From Amphiscolops sp. MND2022 (Eukaryota): a stretch of 64,000 nt of DNA. The stretch covers positions 19,282,001-19,346,000 of the forward strand of contig OZ076421.1 in NCBI GenBank assembly GCA_964187785.1, given 5' to 3'. Position 1 is the stretch's first letter. Every line of letters starts with the position of its first letter. Shown here piece after piece: positions 36,919 through 48,781 of the stretch. A program made the translations under genes and the position numbers. The notes beneath the pieces are model-generated. The model ran no database searches and was not told the origin of the DNA. It saw only the letters and a program-made list of their open reading frames with translations.

Positions 36919-38070
36919 CCTGACAAGCAATAGTGAAACTTCATCGTATATATACATCATCAATGACTTAAGCATGAATTCAGTTTTATTCGTATTGATT
37001 TTCTTACAAGAACATTAGAAATGAAGAAATTAGACTTCGTCAGAATGAGAATTGAATTCAAATTGAAACGTCGTTTTCAATGTTTTTTGTCGAGTTTTTT
37101 GAGGATTTTTTAAAAATTGTTTTATAGGTTGCAGGGAAATTTTTTAAGAAGACCTTGAAATGCTGCCAGCATTTTTCAAGTTGCCTGGTAATTTTACAAA
37201 AATTTTACAAGTTACCTGTTAATTATACAAAATTTTTCCAGGCATGGTCCCTGAATTTTCCATGTTTTAAAAAAAAATTAGCCGGCATTTTTTGAAGGTG
37301 CATGTAAAACTTCGCGGCAACTTCGACCAGGGTTGAATCATGTCTTCATCGTCTGCACATCTCAGACTTAGCGGAATGGGAATTTAAAAAATATCTAACA
37401 GTTGCTCGCAACCATGTTTCTTAGTAAATGGCTTCGTATTGCCTTTATATTAGTTTATTTGACATAAAATGTACAATATAAATAATTTTTTGTCCTATAT
37501 TTTCGTCATGATGGCATATCACTAAAATCGCTTTTCCGTAGGTAATATCTGCCCTTTGTAGTTTCCTGGTTCTTCACTGTTCCAATAGGTGACCATGAAA
37601 CTCCGTGTTAACTAGCAACTGTCTAGCCACCTCCATTACGTCAACCATAATTGTAACATTGACTGAAAACTTTCATAATAATCAAATGTCGCAAGCTGCC
37701 GCTTGCGACGATAATTACTACCAAATCCCCCTGAGGAAATCAACTTAACGCTACTACCCCTAGTACTTCCGATTTAAGCAAAAGGACCTCAAGTCTCTGT
37801 GGCTACATCAGCCCATACTTACCACTAACAAAATGTTCAGTTTATAACTGTTCAGTAGTATAATGTTTTGTACGATTTAGGTTTGTATTTATGATCATGT
37901 AAACTACATTTACATTATGTGAACCAGTATTAAGTAATTATGATTAACATGAAATTTGCTGGTGCGAAAATGTAATGAAACTAATAATCCCAAAGGAAAC
38001 ACGTTCGAATTAGCACGCGCTCTGGTTAACGCGACGCACAGGCTCTTGAAGTTCTTGATCAGAAACGTTC

Positions 38071-38710
38071 TCAACTCTAGCCTAATGTAACGTCAGGCTT
38101 ACAGCTACATTCTAGAACTGGGACAATGCCTAGATTGCTTGAACATGAGACCAGTGTCTTACTACAACCTAGACATTAGTTCTTAGTCCCGAAAAGGTCT
38201 TCATGGGGACTTTTCCATTTGTCTAAGGAGACTCCTCCTATGAGAGCCCCGTGGCGACGTGCCGGCGCACTCAAAGTCCAGACACGTCCCACAAGCACGT
38301 AAAAACCTTCCTAAAGGTTCCTGCGTGTTCCTACATACTCCCGAGGTCCAAAAACAGGGGTTCAGTTGAAGTATATTCTATAAAATGAATAACGTCTAAA
38401 AGTGTAAATACAAAGATCTACCAGATCCAGCATCACCATAAACCTGGAAAGAAACCAGCACTGGAATTGATCAAAAGAAGCTCTTCTGGTTCATTCATGC
38501 CGGTTTCGGAGTTTTCTTCATTGTCCACAAACAAGTGATATTCGGATTCTTCTGCTAAAACCTTGTAAATACACTGTCAGATTCCTTGTTTTCCGGACGT
38601 TCTCAATGACGGGGTGTCGGTTATTTACGTTCCGGGTCAGTCGGCCATCTTGACTTGCGGTGTTTTAATTTTTGAACGAGTTTTTTGTGCGATTTCTGCT
38701 GGACGTTACA
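38071..38710 (-). repeat. 3' LTR of family A
   Basis: Starts TGTAACGTCC on the minus strand and is collinear with 2281-2977. Confidence 0.85.
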
Positions 38711-40439
38711 TCCTTCCCGGGCAGTAATTTGTCGTCTCGAGAGAGAATGATACATACCCAGCGTGTCTTTAGCAACATCATTTCAATTTTTACTTTGATC
38801 TTACAATTCAAATTTTCTGCACCATTGTAGTAGCACTTTTTTCACATTAGCACTTTCTTGAAGTTAGCACTTTTTTGACGTTCTAGAGGATAAAAATCAA
38901 TTTTTGTAAAAACTCTTGTCATTCGTTTCAATGTAGCTGTACTTTATTTTATGGGGTGGTTGCTCTTGGCGACACTCAAAAAGAAAACAAAGAAGATATT
39001 TAATGCAAAATTTTAATTACGCTCTTTATTTTGCAAGTGGGCAGGCACCAAGCTGGGACCTACCTACTAGGTAGTTATACTAATTCCATTCGTAATTTTT
39101 TAATCAAACAAAAATTGCGTTTGATGCATCAACAATGTTTGCATTCTGGTAAAAAATATTTTTGAGGAGTGGTTTTCTTGGTATGTTTAGTTTGATTACA
39201 TGTGTTCAGTTTCGGTCTTCCTTCTTCATTCATTGCATGAGTTATTATCTGCTACGGTATGACCTTGTAGTTCTTCGTCCAGTGATTCTGCCAGCATGTC
39301 GGAAAGTTGCAATCCTTGCTGATCAAGACTGATAAGTTCGTTGAATTCCAGTTCAGTATCAGCCGCTTCTGTTTGCAATATCTTCACCTCTTCATTATCT
39401 TGTGACGTTGTTATGCCACCGGATGGAGCAATTGAGTGGTCAGCTTGTGCCATGTTGATTTGGTTCGTGATGTCAGAACACATTTAAATCCCAAGATCTG
39501 CCTGAGCCTGAGAGTAGCCAACTTTGTTAAGATTTGGCACCACGTGCTCTGATTAACATGACGAAGCTGGGTTCTGTCTGCTTCTCGTCTTTAATTATTC
39601 TATAGGCCATCGGAGGTCTGAAGTTCGCGAATCTTTGTACCAATGTCTGAAAATTGAGAGGCCGGGCGTCATTTTCTGGATCTTCAAAGTGTAACATTGA
39701 TAGTGTGGGGGTGCTAGCTGCAACTATGAGAGGCTGTGTGGGATAACGCAATGCCATCACAGAACCAAATATCGGTCATATGATAGAGGCAATCACCGGG
39801 ATTAAATCGTCTGTCTCTACCAGCATCCAGCTGGCTACTTTGGACGGGAAGAGAAAACCTGGCTGGTTTTTTTATTGCGATGCGGAATCTGCGTATCCTC
39901 CAGGGTGCACGTTACATCCGATACGTTTACCCAAACGGACTAGATCAAGGCTAGGATCGTTCCGACGTTTTCTTTCAGATCTTGCAGGGTCTGGGTTGTT
40001 CATAATCGCATGTATCCAACCTCATTGATTCCTTGCATACACCAAGAAACTGAATAAACAAGAATTGAATTTGTTCAAGATTAACTTCTGCACTAAATTT
40101 ACTTGGCCTTTATAGAAAGAACCCAAGCCAACTGCCAGGGTTGGCTAGACCACTTTCGCACTGAACAATGGTACGGACCCAGAATAGAGAGATATTGTAG
40201 AGGAATATCGGGACTTGTATCTGATGTCGCTCTGCTACATGTGCTAAAGTTTCTTGCAACCTTCCATGTCAAGATAGGTATGAATGTTGAGGTCCGTTTT
40301 CGCGTGCTACTTTTTGGACTAGCACTACTAGTAGCACCAGAGTGGGGAAAACCATGCTAAGTTTGGCGTCTACAGTTTGTGTGGCCACGGGAAGGACGTC
40401 ACGAATTGACTAGTTGCAGCACAGGTTTTCGCGCTCAAT

Positions 40440-42990
40440 CCTTCAAAGGGCTATCAGCAAGCAAATGTGATGGATCGCCACAATTAAATCATGCTCTAGG
40501 CGGTTGTTGTTGTTGTTGATAAGCCACTGGTTGCTTAGGTACCTGTTTTGCGCTGGGTACCAGCGGAGGAGCGGTCTGCTTTTGAGCTTGATTTGGTTGA
40601 TTTTGCGGGGGAGCTTGTTGTTGCGGCACTGCCAAATGATGATCAGTTCGAGTAGAGCCACGAATACGCAGACACTGCTGCACCTTGAATCTCAACGCTT
40701 CCGCCGTGGGTGGTTCCTCTACGTACTTCACGTGCGCATACATTGAACTTAGGTTGCCTTACAGTTCAAAGTTACGGACTCCGTAAATATTTTTTTGCAT
40801 ACTTTCAAACCGTCACACCGCTACCTATTTATTCGGGAAGCATTGGCTACGCAAGCCTTCAAGGGCATGGAGGTATAGCATATAGTCCTCATCACTAGTC
40901 TGGTTGCGCGTACGGATTAGTATGTAGATCTTGCTAGATCCCGTTCCGAACCTGCGCGCTAGCAGCGCGAAGATTTTCTCATCGGTGTCCTGCTCAGCCT
41001 CAGACTTAATCGTGATATAGTCTCTTGCTTCATTTTCTAAAAACACGAATATGGCCCATGCTTTGTCCAAAGGTGTGTCTTTTGCGTGTGTTTTTTCTAA
41101 AAAGCGTTTCAGTAGCATCATCCAACCATCAATGATGCCATCACGCTTGCCGCAATTCTTTGTTGGCTTGTTCTTGGTTTCTCTAGCCACTAGCAGTGGT
41201 TCAAAGCCTTTAGAAATTGCAGTGGAACTCGCTTCAGCTAGTGCTTGTCTTTGTGCTGTTCTTTGTGTGTCGCATTTTGTCACTTCTTCTGCTGTTTTCA
41301 GATTCAGATTTTCGCGGTGGTCGTCCTTTGCGTACTAGAGGCCAACGGCCTTAATGGGTCGTCACCAAACGAAAGCGCTGGATGCTTCGTGTCAGGATTC
41401 GATGAGGCAGCAGTATGGTATTCGGCGCCTCCCGTCGGTGTTCGGAACTCCATGTCACTGGTCATTTGGCCGCTGGCCACAGAGTAATTGTCTCCCGTTG
41501 TCAAAGCACCTCTAGCATAAGGATCAAAACATGACGGGCCGGACACCTCACAGCGCCTCAACTCAGTTTGAATGGCTTCCAGGGCTTAACTTTTTGCTGG
41601 CCGCTTTTTGTACATCGCAGGTGGTTGTACCTTGGGTTGTTTTGTTTGCTCAGCCTGTGTCTCATTGCGGCTCAGAACTACTTCTCGATATGTGGGCTGT
41701 TGAGTTGGAAACGCACTGGTGGATGGTATGTTGGCCGAGTTGAAGGCCACTGACACAGGCGGAGTGCGACTAGGTACCGCTGAGGTTTGTGCTACTACAT
41801 ATTTTACCCCTAGAGTTAAGTCCTGAACAGTAGTCGAGAGATCGTGACACCATGCGGTTCTCAAAATCAGTGTCCCATGATGCATCGTTTCGGATATGAG
41901 CTTCAAACGTTCATCGGTCTGACGATCCCGTTCTTTCATGACCGCTGTCATCTCTGACATACGTACATAAACTAGATTCTCCCGTTGTCTAATCAAATTG
42001 CTAATCGATGCAATCGAGGATTCGAGCTCGTTTTGATCAAAGCGTCCTTCCATCTTGAGTTCTACTAACTCTGTGCGCATCTCTTTCATCTCTTTGATCA
42101 AGACTTCTGCTCGCTGAGCTTCGTCCTTATTTTCTTGCGCCAACTTGCCCTGTACATGTTTCAATTGTGCCATGCTCTGTCCAAAGTCTTTTCTCAAAGC
42201 TTCCGTTTCTCTGATTCCTCTAGTAACAATCTAACAATCAAAGCTGGAGAAGCAACACTACCTAGCATGGAACCTACCGAGAGTCCTCGTGGGCCTGCAT
42301 CCAGACTCAAGAGTGGTGTATGGCTTTCCCACCTGTTTTTCCGTAGTGCTTGGAGTGTCAACGAATGAGTTTCTATTAGTACTAAACACTGGTATTCCAG
42401 AACCCAACGGGTCCACTCCTGCACTCACAACTGGTCCAAAAACATGCTTGCAATCATTCAATTCTTTGCTGTCTCAGCAGGTGCACTATGCCTCGACAAC
42501 GCATCTACATCGCTTGCAAATGGATTAGTGACATGAAGGACACTTCGCTGCCATTTCGATTCATTCAAAGACCTTAAATGCTTAATCTCATCTGAGTTCA
42601 TGCTCGGTCGTTTGCTCTGACTTTTGTTTTCTGGAGCAAGTAAGCTTTTGAAAAGGGTTTTGGTTTTTCGCATTAAACAGAGATTCCTGCTTCGTGAAAA
42701 ATTAAAGACAAGACGAACAAAAATTGGAAGTTTTCTAATGTACTCCTTCGCTACTATTCAAAGTAAACTATCGGACCAATACGTTCTGGAGCTTGCAGCT
42801 CCCAATTGCCTACTAGATTCTAAATCAAAAGAAGTTGACTTACAAGCTACTGTCTCTAGATTACATTCAATGGTGCTAACCACCAAGAATCAAAACAAAA
42901 AGGTTTGCTTCTCCACTAATTGGAAATATTATTCTACGAAAATGAATTTTTTGAACTACGTAAGACTACTAAAATTAACTACACACTAAT
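40440..42990 (-). pseudogene. gag: gag remnant of the family A derivative
   Basis: ELVELKMEGRFDQNELESSI; DGWMMLLKRFLEKTHAKDTPLDKAWAIFVFLENEARDYIT; YVEEPPTAEALRF. Confidence 0.75.
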
Positions 42991-45722
42991 CTACGCTTTG
43001 CCCAGCCACATGGTGTGCGGTTGGAACTAACATAAAGGTTTTGGCGCGCCGACTAAGTTTTGCAGCGATAGTTACAGAAATCATTACGCTATGCTCCTTA
43101 AACGTATGCTAGGTTACTCGCACTGCTCTTTAGTTCGAGTGCACAAGTGGGGTTACTACTGAAAGAAGACACTGGGGCTAGACATTGGGGCTGAGTACAT
43201 ACTAGTACAATATGCTGCCGAGAGTTTTTTACTGTTCTGATTGTAGCACGATCAAGGAAAACAGTTCTTAACACTTAGATATGCTACAGTATTTGCTGAT
43301 CTGTTTCGAGAAGCACTGCGTACCAAGTCTAAATCTCCTAAAGTACCCAAAAACGCGTATTCACTCTTGCACGGCGCTTCTAGGTTGGAGTATGCGTAAA
43401 TGCAACTACAAGTTTGCACTTGGGTGACTTTGGTGTCTGTTGAGAGAGAAAACACGATTTTGTGGTTTTAACTACTACGTCTCCTAGACAGGTATCGACG
43501 AACCCAAGAACTTAGTGTTGACTTACCTCTAGTCAGTGTGCTTCCATAAGACGTGGTATGGTTGACTGGTGTAATATTGGGGTCGTTTGAGCCCTCACTT
43601 GCGACTACATTTACAAAACTGTGTGATTTTCCTCAAAAAATCACAAAATCATCAATTTTTCCGTCAATATGCACATCTGAGAAGGTGTGACTTCTAGAAC
43701 TAGTAGCGACCTAAAAATTTCAAACGGTATACTACAGTGGCTGAATCGTGGGAAACTCACCACTGACTGTGCTAAAATTCACAATAAGAGACTTGCGGTC
43801 GCTTAACAATGTTGTTGGAAAATCAGACTAAGTTGTGAAAGTCACACAAATTCGGTAAATTAGCCTTCTAGGCGTCCTAGCTACCTTCATTTTTGTATGA
43901 AATATGCCCACGTAACAGAAAAACAAAAAACGGGGTGCCCAGGTTATTTTTCGGCAATTCAAGTTGACAAAACTATGATGTACCCTAGATGACACTTTTT
44001 GGGATCAAAATTCACAAAAATGTTAATATATCCAGGTTGGACAGTAGCAAGCTGCTCAAAATGCACAAATCGTCGGGATCTGGAGCCGTACGAATTTTAA
44101 TGCTGGGGCACCTCCAAGGTATTACACTATGGTCAACTAAAACTCGATTTTTTTTGACATTTTCATACAACCGCGGCAAAACCGCGGCTAAGATTTCTCG
44201 ATCAATAGTAACGGTAGCGCTACGAAAAGTACACCACTAATGCGTACTTTTTGCGATTTACTCGTTGATGCACTTCGTTTTGGGCTGCTCCTACTACGCG
44301 AGATTTCAACATGTCTCAGCAACACTACTCCAATGTTCCGAAAATGTCAAAAAAGTAACACGTTTTGGCAATTTCTCGGCAACCAATGGTTAAAATAACT
44401 CGCGGTGTTCTGCCTTAGCAGCTTTTTACTCTATTTTAACAGAAAATAGGCAAGCAAAACCTGGCAAGTTCCAAATAAAGTCGTAAGTAACTCCAGTAAC
44501 GTAAGAAGGCGTAACAACTTATTTCAGGGGACTGGGGTCGTTGAAATTTTAGTTTTGATTTTATAACTTCAGGTCTATGGTCCTTTACTCAGGTGTAAGT
44601 CTACAAAAGAAACAAAGGGTTAATGATTCAATTTATTTTGGGGAAGGACAAATAACGACAGTAGTGTTTTGTACTCCCAAGCTTAGTAACAAGGTTTTTG
44701 GGCTGCTCTAAAAGCTTCAGAACAATCGCCCAAGGCTTCGCCCTCACCATATTTGTTTTCTGTAGGCCAAACTTGACGTTTTTTCAACAAAAATCGCTAA
44801 ATTTCAACAATTTCACCAATTTCGCGAACCAATTTTTCTGTTCCTGGCCTGATAATTCTATTGGAACGTTTTCATCGTATTCCCTCTGGCCGTAAACTTT
44901 TCTGAAAAATTATGGTTTTCGAGATTAACAAAGTCGAAAATCGAGCTACATTAGGTGTTTATAGCAAGCTCGCTATAAAGTTTCGGAAAACAACCAAAAT
45001 ACCCTCCGGGTATTCTTGTCAGTTAGTATTAGTTAGGGTACGCCTGGTAACATGCTTTTGAAGCTACAAAATGCGAAAGGAACGAAGGAACCCAGCAGTT
45101 GTAGTGGGTGCTGCAATCAATGGGTGCACGGAGGTAGAGCCTCGAAGGACGCTACCTCTTCGACACAGCGGGTGGGGACCTTCACTCCTCATCCTCCAAG
45201 TTCCAATGCTTTGCAAATAAGCTGAATTTATCCTACAGAACCCTTTGAATAAGAATCCGGTTAAGCCGGATAGTCAATTTCGACGAGAATAAAGAAACAT
45301 GGTCAAAGCGGTACTTTGGTATTAAACGTCTATTTCTCATTCCAGACCTCAAAAAAACGCAGGAAACGCCGGAATTCTGTTAGAAGAAAACCCACAAGGT
45401 TTGAAAAAAAAAACAAACAATCTAGTAGTCTCCAAAAGGTTTTCCTAGATCCAGACCTAACAGGGTCGGAAAGCAAGAAAACTCCCAGTATGACGCAAAG
45501 ATGGAAAAATGTCCCTTGTGCAGCACCATGAAAACTATCCTGGATGTAACGTCAAGCTTACAACTACATTCTAGTACTGGGACGTTCCAGATTGCTTGAA
45601 CGGAGACCAGTGTCTTACTACAACCTATGACGGTTTTACTTCTTATGTTTTTGACCGTTCAGATTGGTGCAACGTTTCAGTTTGAAATGACTGGCAGTTT
45701 CGTTCGAGTTTTTGATAGACAA

Positions 45723-45740
45723 CTTGTTTCCTTCTTCCTA
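45723..45740 (-). promoter_or_regulatory. Polypurine tract
   Basis: TAGGAAGAAGGAAACAAG lies immediately before T-TGTCTATC (candidate 3' LTR start at 45721). Confidence 0.5.
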
Positions 45741-46196
45741 AAATTGGGTATCTATTCATCGGCCTATTTAAAAAGATAATGTACTTCAACATGAGCTGCT
45801 CGAAGTTGAAAACGTTTCGAGTTGAAGAATTATTCTATGACGTTGTCAATGAGATGTGAGCAAACATTGTCTGGTTTTGAACCAAGAGTGAAGGAGTTTT
45901 AAAAAAACAAGGTTGTGGTTCAAGTTCATTTTCAACAAAAGTGACGAGTAGAGAGGAAGCAAAGAAAAGTGTTTCAAATATCAAGTGTTTCAAACTTTGA
46001 AAGTTTTATTCATGTGCTCTAGGTAGGACTTTTTGAAAACGTTCCGTAAGTAAGACTTTTGTACTTCAAAAAGGAAGTCAGATAACAGTGTATTATAATT
46101 TGTTTTATGCACAAAATAAGATGGGGTGAATTTAACGGAATAAAGATACAAGATTTCACAAAATAGTTTTTAACTAAGGGTAAAATGGATAAAAGT

Positions 46197-46720
46197 TTAA
46201 AATATTATCAAGTTCATGTTTTGAGTTTGAAATACTGTTGCGTGCACTTCTGTGTGGAGTAGTTCAGCAAAGAAGTTGGCCAGCGAAGAGACAAAGAGTT
46301 GACCAGCAGTGACGATAGGTAGACCAGCAGTGACGATTGGTTGACCAGCAGTGCCGATGAAGTGACGATGCCAATGAACTCCATCAATGAAGAAGGAACC
46401 ATGACGCAGTTAATTTGTTGCCTGAGATGAAGAATTGAAGAGTAAAGTGAAGTCATCTTTTTGAAAGCATTTGAACAAGAAGAAAAATTAGGAAATGAAA
46501 AGGAGTGAAGCAGTGAAGAGGTAAGCTTCAGTTTTTTTCCAATTTGAGAGACATTGTAGAGAACTTTGAGAAATGAGCAATGAGAAGAATGTGAAATGTT
46601 AATTTGATTAATTTCGAGAGACAATTTGAAAACCATTGTATGGATGATCGCAGCCTTTGAACTAAAAGCAATACTATTATTGGGCAACGTAGATTTGTTT
46701 TTAGGTGTGGGTGGAGCCAT
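46197..46720 (-). pseudogene. Accessory ORF-Y, unknown function
   Basis: MAPPTP... then, after a frameshift, FKGCDHPYNGFQIV...CFQKDDFTLLF...RHGSFFIDGVHWHRHFIGTAGQPIVTAGLPIVTAGQLF...HTEVHATVFQTQN to TAA. Contains a 21-bp in-frame triplication. Confidence 0.45.
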
Positions 46721-47007
46721 TGAATGGAAGATGCTGAGTGAAATCTTGCTAGTACGAAGGAGTGGTGGAAAGAGGGAGCCAAGGAGGCAAAAAAGAAGGA
46801 GGTGGAAGAATGGAAGTTTCTAAAACAAAAGAAGTCTGAGAACGAAAGTCGGTTTCATGTGCTTTCTAGAGTTCTTTGGGCTTATGTATTGTTTTTTGTA
46901 CGAAAACGTAGAAAAATTTTCGGATCATTGTATTAGCGAGGATTGAAAATAAAAAGTGCTTTACGATAGAGTAAAAGAGCCACAATTGAAGTACAAGAGA
47001 AGAAATT

Positions 47008-48482
47008 TTAACATGTTACCTTTGGGTTGGGTTCAAAAAACCGTTAATGATCAATGTCCATGATTGTCCAATACCGTTCAAAAATTAAACAAAAATTGTA
47101 TTACCTGGATGTGGATTTAGTGAAGAGTAGTAGAGTGAAAAAGAGTACTCACTGATTTAAGAGCAGATTGTATTGCTTGCGATGATTGTGTGATACGTTG
47201 TGAATGTTGGTCAAGTGTCTGAATGAGTTTGTATGTTCTGTCATAGCAGTAAATACGATGTGTGAGAGTCTGATGGGTTCCGTTTATACGGGTCTAACAT
47301 TTTTGTAATACCACGTAAAGTTGGATTGTTGAGAATGTTAGAGAGATTGTCGGAAGTGTTTTGAGAAGTGTGTGTAGGAGATTTGTTTTCTATATTAAAG
47401 TTTTTATGTTCTGTTTTGTTTTCGGCTTGTACTGTGAAAGAGAATACTTTTGCAAAATAAAAAGAAGTTCTTTGTATGAAGGCGATTGTTTTGAAAGTGC
47501 AGTATAATATGGTGTACCTTTCTCGTCTAAAGGTAAGAAATTCAGATGTTCAACTTGGAGAGGAGTTTGACAGTTTGTGTTGGAATGTTGCAGTGTAACA
47601 AAAAGTCATCAAAGTGAATGAGACATTCTTAAGGTACTATTAGTGGACGAGATTTATCATTGTGTGGTAGAAGACAGTAGTATTGTTTGATGGGATCATT
47701 GTTGCGAAGACGCCCCGTAATTTTAGAGTGATCGATAGTGTATAAGTAGTGTATAAGTGTGTTATTGTGAAAAGTGAAGTCTATTTGTATTTTGCGAAAA
47801 TGTAATTCTGTGGTTTCGTATGTTGGAGAAAGTTTGTGAATGTCATATGATGTGTAGTCATTTGTGCAATAGAGAGAAATGAAGGATCAATTTCATCTGT
47901 TTTCAAACCGTAGATTCTTGTGCGAAGAAAGGTAATCTGAAGAGAGAAAATCGTTACACTATTGTCAAGCCATTATTGGTAGGAAGTTATTATTGTCGAA
48001 GCAATAGATGCGAAGAAATCCTGATTTTTATCAAAGAGTTTGAACGTGTAGTCGTTGGGACGCGTATAGAGGGTAGTGAGTTGTGTTTTGACTGTGAAAT
48101 TGTTTTGTGAAAGAATTGCATGAGATGGTCATCTCGAATTGTACAAAATGAACATTTTGTAGGTAATATAGTCGCGTATACGAGTGAAGAAAGAAATGAA
48201 GGATCTTTCATAATTTCGTATTTTTTTCGGTGGCGGAGGTCTTTCATGAGCGTTGTCGACTGTAAATATCTCGAGAAGAGTTGGATGTTTTTGAAATAAA
48301 GAATGGTGTTCAACTTGTTCAGTTTGTTCATATGTATTGGTAGCTGTATTATGTGTAGTTGTAGTAGATTGATCAGTAGATTCAAGAAAAAGAACTGGAG
48401 AGTCAATAAATAAAGGTGAAGTAGTGATATTTGTTGTATTTTGGTCGAGATGTGTTTGAAGATCAAGTCGTGCTTGTGTCAT
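47008..48482 (-). pseudogene. Accessory ORF-X, about 490 codons, unknown function
   Basis: The frame starting MTQARLDLQT continues through isolated stops (FTVKTQLTTLYTRPNDYTFKLFDKNQDFF...FLRTRIYGLKTDEIDPSF) to about 47800. The 3' part is more decayed. Confidence 0.45.
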
Positions 48483-48781
48483 GGTAAAGATTTATTTTTG
48501 TAGAAAGTCAAAATTTTTTGTGGAATAGAAATTACGCTAACGTGTAGATTTAGCGGCAGTTTTTGGCGGACGAGTCAACACTCGTACTTTTTTTGTGGAA
48601 TTGTGTGGACGGTGTATAGTTACTTCCATTGGAGCAGTGTTTTCGAGTGGAGGTGGGATTTCAAGTTTAGAAGATTTTTCAAAGATAGAAAAATATAGTT
48701 CAGAAACTGTTTGTGATGAGAAGTTAGAATGTGAGAGGAGCAGTCTTTACAGAGAAGAGGTGGAAGTCAGAAGGATTGAGT

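Larger units (their letters stand above)
38071..45646 (-). mobile_element. Non-autonomous Gypsy family A derivative (LTR stub, PBS, long leader, gag, protease remnant, PPT, LTR; no RT/RH/IN)
   Basis: 5' LTR stub 45646-45529, PBS TGGTGCTGCACAAGGGAC 45528-45511, gag homologous to 17921-19200, purine run CGGGAAGGA 38719-38711, and 3' LTR 38710-38071. Confidence 0.8.
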
